Shown: positions 29,186 to 38,361 of the stretch, piece after piece
Layout: each line of letters begins with the position of its first letter
How positions within the stretch are numbered: position 1 is the stretch's first letter
Sequence record: PV806339.1
Length of the DNA: 60,026 nucleotides
Source of the DNA: a phage
Strand: one strand, 5' to 3'
Translations under genes and position numbers: made by a program
The notes under the pieces: generated by a model
Database searches by the model: none
The model's input: the letters and a program-made list of their open reading frames with translations, nothing else
Told to the model about the DNA's origin: nothing

Positions 29186-31381
29186 GTGGCTGATGAAGAC
29201 GTAGGTATCAGCGCGGCCAAGTTGGTCGGCGAAGCCTTGCAGTGGAATGGCGAGAAGCCCAAACTCACATACCTGTCCCGGTGTGTAGGGGAAGCGTTAG
29301 CCATTTCCGCATTGAACATGGACGCGGCGAAAAACTTCGGGGAGGTTTTGCAGTGGGACGGTAAATTGCCGTCCATCTTCCGCGCCTCCAGACTGGTCGG
29401 CGAAGTGCTGGCGATTCAAAAGATGGAGATCCGCGCATCGTCAATGATTTGCGAAGCGCTGGTCAAAGAGCCGCAATTTATGGCGGCCGAAATGATCTGC
29501 GAGGCTATCGGTCAGGCGGCCACGGAACGGCCACCGCTTTACGCAGATGCGGTGTATGAGTATGTCACGCAGCACGACGTCGTACCGCCTTTGTCGGAAG
29601 TCATTTCTCCGGAAAGTCTGTACACGTTGTGGAATTACGCCATTGTCCAGCGGCCGATCGATGACCCGATTTCCTACAACATCGTGAAGCAGGCGGTGAC
29701 GCTGTCCGTTCTGGCGTCGCCTATCGTGACCATTTCGTACGACAAGGTGAAGACCGCGTGGTCGTATGCTGTGGTGTCCGCGACGCTCGGTGACTTCCCG
29801 CTGCCGGATGAAATGTGGTCGAAGATCAGCACGAAGCAGGTCTGGAATCTGGTATTGCAGTCGATCGACATCCCGTACGTCCCGACGTCTGGTGTGTTCG
29901 TTCGTCATGAATCGACGCTGGTGGTTCAGGCCCATCCGCTGCCGATGTACACGACGCCTGCGTCCGTGAAGTCGAACGCGGTTCTGGCCGCGCAGAAGCG
30001 CCCGGTTGAACGACTCCCGCGCTCAATGACTCGCGTGGCGCAGGGATTATCGCAGGCCGTTACCGCGCTGCCGATCCCGATGCCACGGTCTGACGTGTTC
30101 GCCGCGCAGATGCTGTCACAGGCTGTAATCCCGGCCGACTTCGTTGACCCGACTGTCGGCGTCGAGCACGCGGCCGCAGTGACGTCGTACGCCGTTTGCG
30201 AGTATCAGGTGTCGCTTCCTATCAGTTACACGCGCGCGAAGTCCCTGACGCCGCTGGTGCTGCAATTTAGCGATAACCAACGAGTCATTCCGCTGTCCAC
30301 GATGCGCACCAAACATGTTTCGTCTCAGTTCTTGGTCAAGTCTGACTTGCTCCCGGTGCTGTCCACGATGCGCACCGAACATGTTTCGTCTCAGTTCTTG
30401 GTCAAGTCTGACTTGCTCCCGGTGCTGTCTCGGACGCGCGTTAAACAGGTACGCGGCTATGCAGTGCGGGCGGAAGAGTACACGCCTCCGATTAACCTGC
30501 TGGTGTGGTCGCGCGCTGACGCTGTTCGCATGTCGGTGGTGCAGCAGGCAACGGACTACCCTGACCCGGGAATCCCTACAACGTCGGCCATCGTCAGCGC
30601 GGCCACGGCGTACCACGTCATGAAAGCGCTGGACTACGAAGATCCGAACGACATGTGGGAGGCGAGCAAGGTTCAGATCGTGCCGCAGTTCTTAGAGAAG
30701 GTGGTGAAAGCCCAACCGCTGCGGCTCCCGATCTCGTACGCTCCGCTGGCGCAATTTGTTGAACTGGTGACGCGGTACCAGTACATGCCGCCTCCGGGCG
30801 AAGTCGCCGAGTCCGGTATCCATGTTCGTCAGGTGATGCAGCCAGTGGCGTTCCGCGCGACGTACCCTGACCCGACTGTCCCGGTATCCCACCTGACGGT
30901 CAATCAGGTGCTGGAGCACATCGCGATCCCGGCCGACTATCCGGACGTCCACCTGCCGACGTCGGACGCGATTGTAAATCAGGTATTGGAACACGTTGCG
31001 CAGATTGACGATTTCCCTGATCCCGGTACCATGTTCCGGCCGCTTATTGTCAGCCAGATCATTCAGCAGGCGGCACAGGATGCGTCTTACCCGGATTGGA
31101 GCACACTGCATAAACCGCTTGCGGTTCAGCAGGTAATTCAGCATGTATCAATGACGGCGGAATACCCTGACAAGGACGTCCCGCAATCATTTGCAAAAGT
31201 GTCTCAAGTTTTGCAGCACTATGCCGATAAAGCTAATTACCCAGACAAAGATGCTCCCCAATCCACGCTACGAGTCCGTCAGGTACTTGAGCAGGTAATG
31301 ATGCGCGACAAGTCGATGTACGAAATGCCGCAGCCACCACGGAAACATCGGGTGCAAATCACTTGCCGCTTTGTGTACTGA
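29186..31381 (+). CDS. repeat-rich fibre-like protein (731 aa; GTG start)
   Basis: RBS AAGGGGG; periodic ~24-aa repeats (YPDxxxPxSxxxVxQVLxHV...) and a 22-aa exact tandem duplication. Confidence 0.55.
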   Translation: MADEDVGISAAKLVGEALQWNGEKPKLTYLSRCVGEALAISALNMDAAKNFGEVLQWDGKLPSIFRASRLVGEVLAIQKMEIRASSMICEALVKEPQFMAAEMICEAIGQAATERPPLYADAVYEYVTQHDVVPPLSEVISPESLYTLWNYAIVQRPIDDPISYNIVKQAVTLSVLASPIVTISYDKVKTAWSYAVVSATLGDFPLPDEMWSKISTKQVWNLVLQSIDIPYVPTSGVFVRHESTLVVQAHPLPMYTTPASVKSNAVLAAQKRPVERLPRSMTRVAQGLSQAVTALPIPMPRSDVFAAQMLSQAVIPADFVDPTVGVEHAAAVTSYAVCEYQVSLPISYTRAKSLTPLVLQFSDNQRVIPLSTMRTKHVSSQFLVKSDLLPVLSTMRTEHVSSQFLVKSDLLPVLSRTRVKQVRGYAVRAEEYTPPINLLVWSRADAVRMSVVQQATDYPDPGIPTTSAIVSAATAYHVMKALDYEDPNDMWEASKVQIVPQFLEKVVKAQPLRLPISYAPLAQFVELVTRYQYMPPPGEVAESGIHVRQVMQPVAFRATYPDPTVPVSHLTVNQVLEHIAIPADYPDVHLPTSDAIVNQVLEHVAQIDDFPDPGTMFRPLIVSQIIQQAAQDASYPDWSTLHKPLAVQQVIQHVSMTAEYPDKDVPQSFAKVSQVLQHYADKANYPDKDAPQSTLRVRQVLEQVMMRDKSMYEMPQPPRKHRVQITCRFVY
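30293..30424 (+). repeat. 66-bp tandem direct repeat, 2 copies, 65/66 identical, inside fibre-like CDS
   Basis: Copy 1 30293-30358, copy 2 30359-30424; single a/g difference at 30311 vs 30377. Confidence 0.9.
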
Positions 31382-31402
31382 CAATTGACGGGTTAATATT
31401 CT

Positions 31403-31428
31403 TAGCGGGCTTGTCCCGCTAATTTTTT
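31403..31428 (+). terminator. Rho-independent terminator after fibre genes
   Basis: Stem TAGCGGG / CCCGCTA followed by ATTTTTT. Confidence 0.6.
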
Positions 31429-31443
31429 GTGAGGAAGCACCCA

Positions 31444-31782
31444 ATGAGCGAAATGGAACGGGAACGGCCGGGGGATAACTCCGGCGGCATCAAGTTAGAC
31501 TTGTCTGTCAATCTCCCCACGATTCTGACGATGGCTTCGATGCTGGTGGCGGCGGTACTGTACGTCAACAACCGCTTCGCCGACCTATCAAACCAGAACA
31601 CGCAGACGGACACCCGGCTTACCAACGTCGAGAAACGTCAGGACTCCACTGACGCGGCGTTCACGGTTCTCCGGGCCGAAACCGTCTCGCAAAACTCCGC
31701 CCTTCGTTCAGACCTTCGCGCCGACATGCGCGACCTGAAACAAAGCGTGGATACCCTATCTTCCCAAATGATGAGGAAATAA
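31444..31782 (+). CDS. putative holin (single TM, about 112 aa)
   Basis: RBS GAGGAAG; one TM LPTILTMASMLVAAVLYV; first gene of lysis cassette. Confidence 0.4.
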   Translation: MSEMERERPGDNSGGIKLDLSVNLPTILTMASMLVAAVLYVNNRFADLSNQNTQTDTRLTNVEKRQDSTDAAFTVLRAETVSQNSALRSDLRADMRDLKQSVDTLSSQMMRK

Positions 31783-31785
31783 CCG

Positions 31786-32499
31786 ATGGCTAAACAGAAG
31801 CCGCGCGGGATTCGCAATAACAACCCGGGCAACATCGAGTGGGGGTCGCCGTGGCAAGGGCTGATCCCGCGCAGTGAAGCGACGGACAGCCGCTTCGCAC
31901 AGTTCAAAGACCCGGCATCCGGCATCCGCGCCATTGCCGTCACTCTGACCACCTACTACGACAAGCGCAAAGCGAATGACGGTAGCAAAATCGACTCGGT
32001 GCGAGAAGTTATCGAGCGGTGGGCACCCGCCGTTGAGAACAACGTATCGGCCTACGCTAAACAGGTTGCCGCCGTTCTGGCCGTTGACCCGAATAGCGAA
32101 ACGCTGAACCTCCACGACTACGACACCATGCGCGGTCTGGTGGAAGGCATCATCCGCCACGAAAACGGGAACCCGGAAGCGTTCGGCCTGACGTCGTACA
32201 GCAACGCGAATACGTGGTACTCGGACGAAGTGATCGAGGAAGGTCTGCGCCGGGCGGGCATCGTTAAGGCGGCCAAGCCTGTTAACCGTACCACCGTGGC
32301 CGCGACAAGCGTGGCAGGACTCGGCGCGGCGCAACTGGTTGACATGGTACAGCCCGTCAAGGCTGCGATGGACAGCGCCCACGGTGATATTTCTTCCGGT
32401 GATTGGGTACGCATCGCATTCGGCGCGGCCACAATCGCGATTGGCCTGTACATGGGATGGGTCGCGTACCGGAAGCATCGGGCCGGGGCCGCTGCATGA
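31786..32499 (+). CDS. putative endolysin with C-terminal transmembrane helix (237 aa)
   Basis: Position between holin-like and spanin genes; N-terminal RGIRNNNPGNIEWG motif; C-terminal TM WVRIAFGAATIAIGLYMGWVAY; enzyme family not verified. Confidence 0.4.
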   Translation: MAKQKPRGIRNNNPGNIEWGSPWQGLIPRSEATDSRFAQFKDPASGIRAIAVTLTTYYDKRKANDGSKIDSVREVIERWAPAVENNVSAYAKQVAAVLAVDPNSETLNLHDYDTMRGLVEGIIRHENGNPEAFGLTSYSNANTWYSDEVIEEGLRRAGIVKAAKPVNRTTVAATSVAGLGAAQLVDMVQPVKAAMDSAHGDISSGDWVRIAFGAATIAIGLYMGWVAYRKHRAGAAA

Positions 32500-32750
32500 C
32501 GGGGCTACTCGCCCGGATTAAGACGGGCGTCCTTGCGGCGCTCGTTTTCGTTGTGGCCCTCTTCGGCGTCTGGCGGGCAGGACGCACGAAGGGCAAACAG
32601 GATCAGATTAATAACCAGAACAATGACACGTTGCGGGAACAGGCAAACGCGGATAAAAATGTGGCCGAGGTGCATAATGAAATCAATAAACTCCCTGATG
32701 GTGGCGCTAACGATCTGCTTCGCCGTAAGTGGATGCGTCGAAAGGATTAA
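32496..32750 (+). CDS. i-spanin (Rz-like), N-terminal TM (84 aa)
   Basis: ATGA overlap with previous gene; TM GVLAALVFVVALFGVW followed by charged/coiled region. Confidence 0.5.
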   Translation: MTGLLARIKTGVLAALVFVVALFGVWRAGRTKGKQDQINNQNNDTLREQANADKNVAEVHNEINKLPDGGANDLLRRKWMRRKD

Positions 32751-32880
32751 CCCTGCGCCGTCTTTCTGTTCTGTCGCGCGCGCCATCTACATCGGTGAGG
32801 AAGACGTGCTGACAGATGAAACCGCACGGCAGATCGCCACCCACGATGAAATCGGCGAACGGCTATGCGGCTGGAAATAG
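32677..32880 (+). CDS. o-spanin (Rz1-like) outer-membrane lipoprotein, overlapping i-spanin in +1 frame
   Basis: Signal peptide with lipobox MKSINSLMVALTICFAVSG-C; starts inside i-spanin gene and extends beyond it. Confidence 0.55.
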   Translation: MKSINSLMVALTICFAVSGCVERINPAPSFCSVARAIYIGEEDVLTDETARQIATHDEIGERLCGWK

Positions 32881-33342
32881 TTAAATGGTCGGGTGGGTGA
32901 TAACCACCGTACGTTCACCCTCGATTGTCTGGTGGTACCGCAGTGAGGACACCAGATGATCGAGGTTATTGAAGACCGGGATATTCAGCCGCTTCGCCTC
33001 TTCCACCTCCGCGCGGGTACCTGAACTGCGCATCGCGTCTTCACCAATCAGCAGAACCGCGTCACAGCGGCGCATCAATTCCATCGTGCATTCCAGCCAA
33101 TATTCATCCGGTATCTCGCCCTCGGTCTTGTACTCGAAGTTGGCCGTGTTCAGGTGCGGCGTGACCGGGAACATCTTGTGGACGTAGAGTTGATCGACAA
33201 CCGACACGGCCGTCTCTTCGGCTTTCAGGATGTTGACCTTCGTCGGAACGGTGCAGCCAGAACCGATGATGTACGGGCGGTACGGCCCGGCCAGATAGAT
33301 CATGACGGGCTTGGCCGCCGGGTTACACATATTCACGTTCAT
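32881..33342 (-). CDS. nucleoside 2-deoxyribosyltransferase-like protein (153 aa)
   Basis: IYLAGPY N-terminal motif and CDAVLLIGEDAMRSSGTRAEVEEAKRLNIPVF C-terminal region typical of NDT/DUF4406-like fold. Confidence 0.45.
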   Translation of the reverse strand: MNVNMCNPAAKPVMIYLAGPYRPYIIGSGCTVPTKVNILKAEETAVSVVDQLYVHKMFPVTPHLNTANFEYKTEGEIPDEYWLECTMELMRRCDAVLLIGEDAMRSSGTRAEVEEAKRLNIPVFNNLDHLVSSLRYHQTIEGERTVVITHPTI

Positions 33343-33623
33343 ATTAAGCCTCGGTTATATTCGTCCACGTATTTTTCATTTTCAGGAGATCGGTCTACCT
33401 GATTAATCTCGCTGAACTCGCAGGAAATAATATCCCCGCTAGGCAGGCGCACCCGCCAAAAAATATCCTCTTCACGCGGCCCGGTGCGTTCCCATTCGAG
33501 CACGGTTCCGTAGTATTTATGCCCGTTGAATCGGTCAGTGAAATGCACGGAGTCGCCTTTAATCGGCCAGCCCGGTTTTATCTTGGCACGGTATTTCCGT
33601 TTTATAGCCTCAACGTCGATCAT
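33339..33623 (-). CDS. hypothetical protein (94 aa)
   Basis: ORF overlapping neighbours in - strand operon. Confidence 0.45.
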   Translation of the reverse strand: MIDVEAIKRKYRAKIKPGWPIKGDSVHFTDRFNGHKYYGTVLEWERTGPREEDIFWRVRLPSGDIISCEFSEINQVDRSPENEKYVDEYNRGLI

Positions 33624-34519
33624 ACTTCATCGTCCTCGAAGTCTTCGTCAAAAAGGTCAGACTGGAACGGCTCACATGATGATGTGCAGCCATCGCCGTC
33701 GTCCGGGTTAGTGCGGGTCAGGTACAGCAGGCGCTGGCGGTCTTCCAGTCCGGCGTCGGCCATAAGCTGATCCGTGTTTCGTTTGCCACGGAACCATGTG
33801 TGGCCGTCTTCCGCTTTAACGTGGCCGTACTGGATTTCCATGTCGCGGTTCCACGTAAACCATTCAGGGTGTTCGTGGGCTATCAGGTACAGCTTTGCAT
33901 TGCTCTTTTTAAAGCAGGTCAGGCAGTTCCCGTAATGCGGCGGGATGTTCAGTTTGAACGGCATGGCATCCCAATAATCGTTCACGTCCTGCTTATCGAA
34001 ACTCCCCCAATGGCAAAGGGGGTACACCAGATTGAATTTCTTGGCCGACGCTTTGTTCGGGTCAGCCCGCTCCGGCTCGTCCGACCGCATTCCGATGGCC
34101 GTCTTGGCACTCCACCCCCGGCGCGCAAGACCATTGCTGCGCATCCAGTGGCGAATCGTCTGCGTTTTCAGATAGTCGCTGCACTTCTGGCGCGATATGT
34201 TCGGGATGCCCTCGACGCTGATCAGGCTTTCAAACGGTTCGCCCTTCCGTGCGGCCGTCTCGAAACTGACGACCCGGTGGCGCATCCCGACACCGTGTTC
34301 CGGACTGGCGTAGCCCTCCAGCCACACCAGATTCAGGCCGAAGTGTTTATCCACCTTGTCGGCGAATATCAGTGTTTCTTCGTGCTCCCGGCCAGTATTG
34401 GCGAACACGAAACGCAGGTCATATTTGTGGCCGTAATTCTCGATCAGGTATGCACAAAGAAAGCCGGACGACTGGCCGCCGGAAAAGCTGACGACAAGCG
34501 GCTCTTTGTTAGTTGGCAT
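33620..34519 (-). CDS. PAPS-reductase-like PP-loop protein (about 299 aa from Met at 34519; ORF extends to 34603)
   Basis: PP-loop VVSFSGGQSS; C-terminal Cys cluster CLTCF...GDGCTSSC; ATG at 34519 after upstream stop; ends ...FEDDEV. Confidence 0.55.
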   Translation of the reverse strand: MPTNKEPLVVSFSGGQSSGFLCAYLIENYGHKYDLRFVFANTGREHEETLIFADKVDKHFGLNLVWLEGYASPEHGVGMRHRVVSFETAARKGEPFESLISVEGIPNISRQKCSDYLKTQTIRHWMRSNGLARRGWSAKTAIGMRSDEPERADPNKASAKKFNLVYPLCHWGSFDKQDVNDYWDAMPFKLNIPPHYGNCLTCFKKSNAKLYLIAHEHPEWFTWNRDMEIQYGHVKAEDGHTWFRGKRNTDQLMADAGLEDRQRLLYLTRTNPDDGDGCTSSCEPFQSDLFDEDFEDDEV

Positions 34520-35222
34520 CGGTTGAATCCTCGCATAATGGTATGAAGTCCTTCGGGCCGTCGCCTGAACCGGGGAAGCGCCGGAAGACCATTTCGTCTT
34601 CAATGGTCAGTTTATCCTTGCTGTTCCCGCGACGATAGAAGTCGGCCATGCCGCTGCCGTACGTGCGGTCAATCCCGGCACCATACGGATCTTGCGGGCA
34701 AAGTTCCAGCGCCAGCACTTCTCGCCAGTCCGGCCGATCGATGCGGCTGACGATGCGATGGTTATTCGACACCCGGCAGTACCCCGAGGCTATCAGCGTT
34801 TCCACCAGCCGGGCCTGTTCCTTGCCACGCATCGTTTTCGCGCGCTTGACGTCCTCTTTCCTTGCCCGGGCGAAATACTCCCGCGAGAAGCGGCTACCGA
34901 CGTTCTCCGCGAAGATGCGCAGGTCTTTGATGACCATGCCCCATTTCCGTCGGCTACCTTCTTCCACGTATCGAATGGCCCCGGCGTAGCGCAGCAGCAT
35001 TGCATCGGTCAGGCGGGCATTCTTCGGGTCTTTGGCCTTCCACCAGCCGTACACTTCCACCATGCGGGCCATCGCCTTGTCGCTGTACCATAGCTCGGCG
35101 TGGCTGGTGGGCGAGTATTCCGGGTAACACTTCGCTCCGCCGTCAAACGCCCGGTAGCAGTACCAGATCCCGCCGCTGTACTGGAAGTGCGGTATCTTGT
35201 GTCGCTCTTTCATCGTAGCCAT
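34509..35222 (-). CDS. hypothetical protein (237 aa)
   Basis: ORF directly upstream of PAPS-reductase-like gene. Confidence 0.5.
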   Translation of the reverse strand: MATMKERHKIPHFQYSGGIWYCYRAFDGGAKCYPEYSPTSHAELWYSDKAMARMVEVYGWWKAKDPKNARLTDAMLLRYAGAIRYVEEGSRRKWGMVIKDLRIFAENVGSRFSREYFARARKEDVKRAKTMRGKEQARLVETLIASGYCRVSNNHRIVSRIDRPDWREVLALELCPQDPYGAGIDRTYGSGMADFYRRGNSKDKLTIEDEMVFRRFPGSGDGPKDFIPLCEDSTDAN

Positions 35223-35223
35223 G

Positions 35224-35676
35224 TCAGCCCTCGGCCAGTTCAGGATTAATGGTAAACCGCAGCCCGTACTTAAAATCGTTTACGGACAGCAGATGGATGA
35301 TGTCGTCCGAGTTTTCTATCTTGATGCCCTTCGCGGCCAGCGCTTCCCTCGGCGGAAGCCACGGATCGATAGTCAACTGGCGGTATACCGGGGCCATGTG
35401 TATCGGCGAGCCTTCGCGCACGATGAATGGCAGCGGGTACGGACGGCCAGACCGGGCGTGGATACGACGTGGCACGGGCGAACGGGTAATACCGTAGAAC
35501 GATGCCATAACGTCGGTCAGCCCTTTGCCGTACATCGAGCGTATGACTTCTTCGTCGCCGCGCAGGAGCCGCTTAACGATATGCCGGACAAACGGGTACA
35601 GATCCCACTTCGCGCGTTGGCGGATGACCGAAGCCTGTCGGCGGGCCTCCTGCTGGAATAATGATCCGCGTTTCAT
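35224..35676 (-). CDS. hypothetical protein (150 aa)
   Basis: ORF in - strand operon. Confidence 0.5.
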   Translation of the reverse strand: MKRGSLFQQEARRQASVIRQRAKWDLYPFVRHIVKRLLRGDEEVIRSMYGKGLTDVMASFYGITRSPVPRRIHARSGRPYPLPFIVREGSPIHMAPVYRQLTIDPWLPPREALAAKGIKIENSDDIIHLLSVNDFKYGLRFTINPELAEG

Positions 35677-36020
35677 TTTTTATATTTATCCTCTTCGTTG
35701 AAATTACGGACAGGCACGCCGTCCCAAATGCGTACGATGCCCGGGTGCGCCTCGCGCCACGATCCGAGCAGGTGGTCAGCCCACTCCTTCAAGTCTTCGC
35801 TGTATGCGGCCAGAAGTCGGTCTTCAATGGACTGGCGTTCCGCTGCGGACATCGGCCCGACCTGATGGATGATGTCAAACCAGATCTCGTCGTGGACACC
35901 GTTGACGGCCACCAGATAGCCTTTTGCTTCCAGATCTGCGATGACGGCGTGGGTGCGGTCGGCTTTCATGCGCATGTAATTCATGCGGCGGCCCTCCCCC
36001 ATAAGATTTGTAGGGTGCAT
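35673..36020 (-). CDS. hypothetical protein (115 aa)
   Basis: ORF in - strand operon. Confidence 0.45.
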   Translation of the reverse strand: MHPTNLMGEGRRMNYMRMKADRTHAVIADLEAKGYLVAVNGVHDEIWFDIIHQVGPMSAAERQSIEDRLLAAYSEDLKEWADHLLGSWREAHPGIVRIWDGVPVRNFNEEDKYKK

Positions 36021-36262
36021 GGCGGCTCGTCCGGGTCGGAATAGATTTCGAACCCGGCGTCCTTGATCCAGCCGATAAGCATGGCGCGGGATTTATCGGA
36101 CAGCGGGTGGTCGTTGTGTAACAGCGCGACCGTAGTGGTGGTCAGCCCGGCCGATGCGGCCCGGCGGATAAGACGCTCTACCTCGCCACGTACTTCAATC
36201 GCTTCGGCGGTGTGGTGATCGGTAGCAGCTTTATACATTTCATCGGCAGTGATAGTCAGCAT
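35981..36262 (-). CDS. hypothetical protein (93 aa)
   Basis: ATG at 36262 preceded by GGGGG RBS, leader hairpin and promoter. Confidence 0.5.
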   Translation of the reverse strand: MLTITADEMYKAATDHHTAEAIEVRGEVERLIRRAASAGLTTTTVALLHNDHPLSDKSRAMLIGWIKDAGFEIYSDPDEPPCTLQILWGRAAA

Positions 36263-36306
36263 GTTGCCCCCTAAAGTAAAAATCCCCGTTGTTGCCTTCG
36301 GGGATA

Positions 36307-36335
36307 ATATAGGTTATACACGCGACGTATGTCAA
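36307..36335 (-). promoter_or_regulatory. sigma70-like promoter with conserved extended spacer (- strand)
   Basis: On - strand: TTGACA (36335-36330), 17-nt spacer TACGTCGCGTGTATAAC, -10 CTATAT/TATATT. Confidence 0.55.
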
Positions 36336-36342
36336 ACAGTTT

Positions 36343-36855
36343 CTAAGACTTTCTTTTCCGGGCGTGCTCCAGTCGATCACCGTGGCCCTTCTCGACCATG
36401 AAATCGCGGGTCTGTTTGTGCAGGTTGGCGATCGTCTCCTTCGTTTTCCGCCAGCGCGCCACTAACCCTTCGCGCACTTCCCGTTCGCGGAACAGGACGG
36501 CCAAGTCCGTCGCGGTGATGTCGTACCCTTCGCACGCGGCCAAAACTCCGGCCTTGAATTCGTAGAACAGGCTTTGGATCTCCCGGAATTCGGCCTCGGT
36601 TACGATCTCGATATTGACCGTTTTCCCTTCACCGATGTCGTCCTCGGTAAACAGGCACCCGGCTTCGCCAATGGCGCGGCCATCGTCCTTCCGGTAGCGC
36701 GTATTCCCTACGATGATCTGCGTCGGCGTGGTGCGCTCTACGCGTCGTTTCACGGCGAAGGTTACTTCCGGGCTGTACCCGATACGAATGCTGTTACGCT
36801 CCAGTGTCATGTCGCCAGTTTCGAGGTGTCCGAATCTCAATTTTTTATCGGCCAT
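36343..36855 (-). CDS. hypothetical protein (170 aa)
   Basis: ORF. Confidence 0.5.
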   Translation of the reverse strand: MADKKLRFGHLETGDMTLERNSIRIGYSPEVTFAVKRRVERTTPTQIIVGNTRYRKDDGRAIGEAGCLFTEDDIGEGKTVNIEIVTEAEFREIQSLFYEFKAGVLAACEGYDITATDLAVLFREREVREGLVARWRKTKETIANLHKQTRDFMVEKGHGDRLEHARKRKS

Positions 36856-37091
36856 TCTGCGTATTCTCCCTTCGGTAATTCGTCAGTCACGTCGCGCTCG
36901 GCCCATTTCAGGAACGCTTCGCGGGTGCAACTTGGATAGTGTCGGCCAAAGCCTACGACCGGGCCGTCATACTGGATGTGCGTGGCACCGATGTACAGGA
37001 TGGTGCGGTCGTTCACCAGTCCGCTGCGGTTCTGCGGCCGTTTACCGCGATAGGTGCGGCCGACTTTAAGTTTTAACGCTTCATCGGCCAT
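36837..37091 (-). CDS. hypothetical protein (84 aa)
   Basis: ORF. Confidence 0.4.
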   Translation of the reverse strand: MADEALKLKVGRTYRGKRPQNRSGLVNDRTILYIGATHIQYDGPVVGFGRHYPSCTREAFLKWAERDVTDELPKGEYAEWPIKN

Positions 37092-37326
37092 CGGTGTCCA
37101 CCTCGACTTCGAACGTGCGCGGAACGGTCATGGTCAGCACGTCATTCTCGGTGAACGGTGACAGCGGTTCGTCGCCCGGCTGGAAGCGCAGCGTCACGCT
37201 GCCGACGTTGTGATACGTGATATAGCGAAGGCGGAACTGCTCGCCGAAGATGGTCGCGAGTACGCCCGGCTTAACGTCTCCTGCGGGAATTTTCATGGTC
37301 ATAGTCTCCAGTCTAACGGCTCCCAT
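37081..37326 (-). CDS. hypothetical protein (81 aa)
   Basis: ORF. Confidence 0.4.
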   Translation of the reverse strand: MGAVRLETMTMKIPAGDVKPGVLATIFGEQFRLRYITYHNVGSVTLRFQPGDEPLSPFTENDVLTMTVPRTFEVEVDTDGR

Positions 37327-37493
37327 TGGCCGTCTCGTTTGATGTAGCAGCCGCTTAACGGGCTGTATTTGGTTGGTAGTTCGGTCTGGACGCTGACGTC
37401 GTTACACCCGATCGCCGCGCCCACACGGCCAATAACAAACAGCACACCGCAGATAATCAATACAAACAGCGTTAGCGCAGCGATCTTCTTCAT
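37299..37493 (-). CDS. small membrane/secreted protein (64 aa)
   Basis: N-terminal hydrophobic segment KKIAALTLFVLIICGVLFVIG. Confidence 0.4.
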   Translation of the reverse strand: MKKIAALTLFVLIICGVLFVIGRVGAAIGCNDVSVQTELPTKYSPLSGCYIKRDGQWEPLDWRL

Positions 37494-37503
37494 GGTGGCC
37501 CCT

Positions 37504-38322
37504 TTATTCCTTCGGTGGATTTGATTGGTGGCGATTTAGCCAGATGACAATCCCGGCAGTATAATTGATCACGCCGAGCAACTCCCTAACCCTTTGGTCA
37601 TGCGTTGGCAGGTTGACGCCTTCTACGACCTTCTTGCACACCTGATAGACCAAGCCGAGCGGGCTACCGATCAGGTCGGAAATAGCGTTCATCGGCTGCT
37701 GGTGGAAAGGCAGGTCGTTTGCGTGGCGTTCCCGCCCTTTACCATACGCGGCTTGCGTCAGCGCATCATGCAGCACTTTGACTAATTCGGAATAATCGTT
37801 GCTGTCTTTGACGTCCCGGAATTCGTATTTCCATGACCGGGGGGCCGAAGGTGCCACGGCTTCCGGCGCGACGAGGGCTTCGTTAAGCGGCCAGCCCTGC
37901 GCGAAGGAGAACATGATGTAATTCATTGCGTCGATGTACTGATTCTCTTCGAGACAACGACGAATGGCGTCGGAACATTGCTTCGGCCAGTCCGGCTGCA
38001 TCCATCCCAATTCCAGTCCCGGGTTTTTGCGCTCGAACTGCACCAGACGGTCAAGCATGTAGCCGAAAGTCTTCTCGGCCTGTTCAACCGTTGGCGCGCT
38101 CAGTTTAGGGCGGCGCAGCACGATGACCGTCTCGGCGTCGGCGGCTTTCGGGATGGCGATCTGATTGTCCATCATGGAATTGATAAGTTCGAGAACGTGG
38201 TCGGTCGCGTCGTCGTCCGTTTCAAAGTCGTCCATGTCGAGGTTCAGTGCGTTCATCACTGAATTGCGGAAACGCTGCGCGGATGGCTTGCCAGCGTGCT
38301 TTTGTTTTGATGCGTCTACCAT
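37504..38322 (-). CDS. hypothetical protein (272 aa)
   Basis: ATG at 38322 preceded by leader hairpin and promoter. Confidence 0.5.
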   Translation of the reverse strand: MVDASKQKHAGKPSAQRFRNSVMNALNLDMDDFETDDDATDHVLELINSMMDNQIAIPKAADAETVIVLRRPKLSAPTVEQAEKTFGYMLDRLVQFERKNPGLELGWMQPDWPKQCSDAIRRCLEENQYIDAMNYIMFSFAQGWPLNEALVAPEAVAPSAPRSWKYEFRDVKDSNDYSELVKVLHDALTQAAYGKGRERHANDLPFHQQPMNAISDLIGSPLGLVYQVCKKVVEGVNLPTHDQRVRELLGVINYTAGIVIWLNRHQSNPPKE

Positions 38323-38361
38323 AATAAAAAACTCCCGTTGGTGGATTAACCTTCGGGAGTA

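Noticed and set aside
30116-30623. Overlapping ORFs (- 30116..30616, + 30315..30623) with internally repeated peptides
   Set aside because: The repeated peptides are just alternative-frame readings of the 66-bp tandem duplication within the fibre-like gene; not independent genes.
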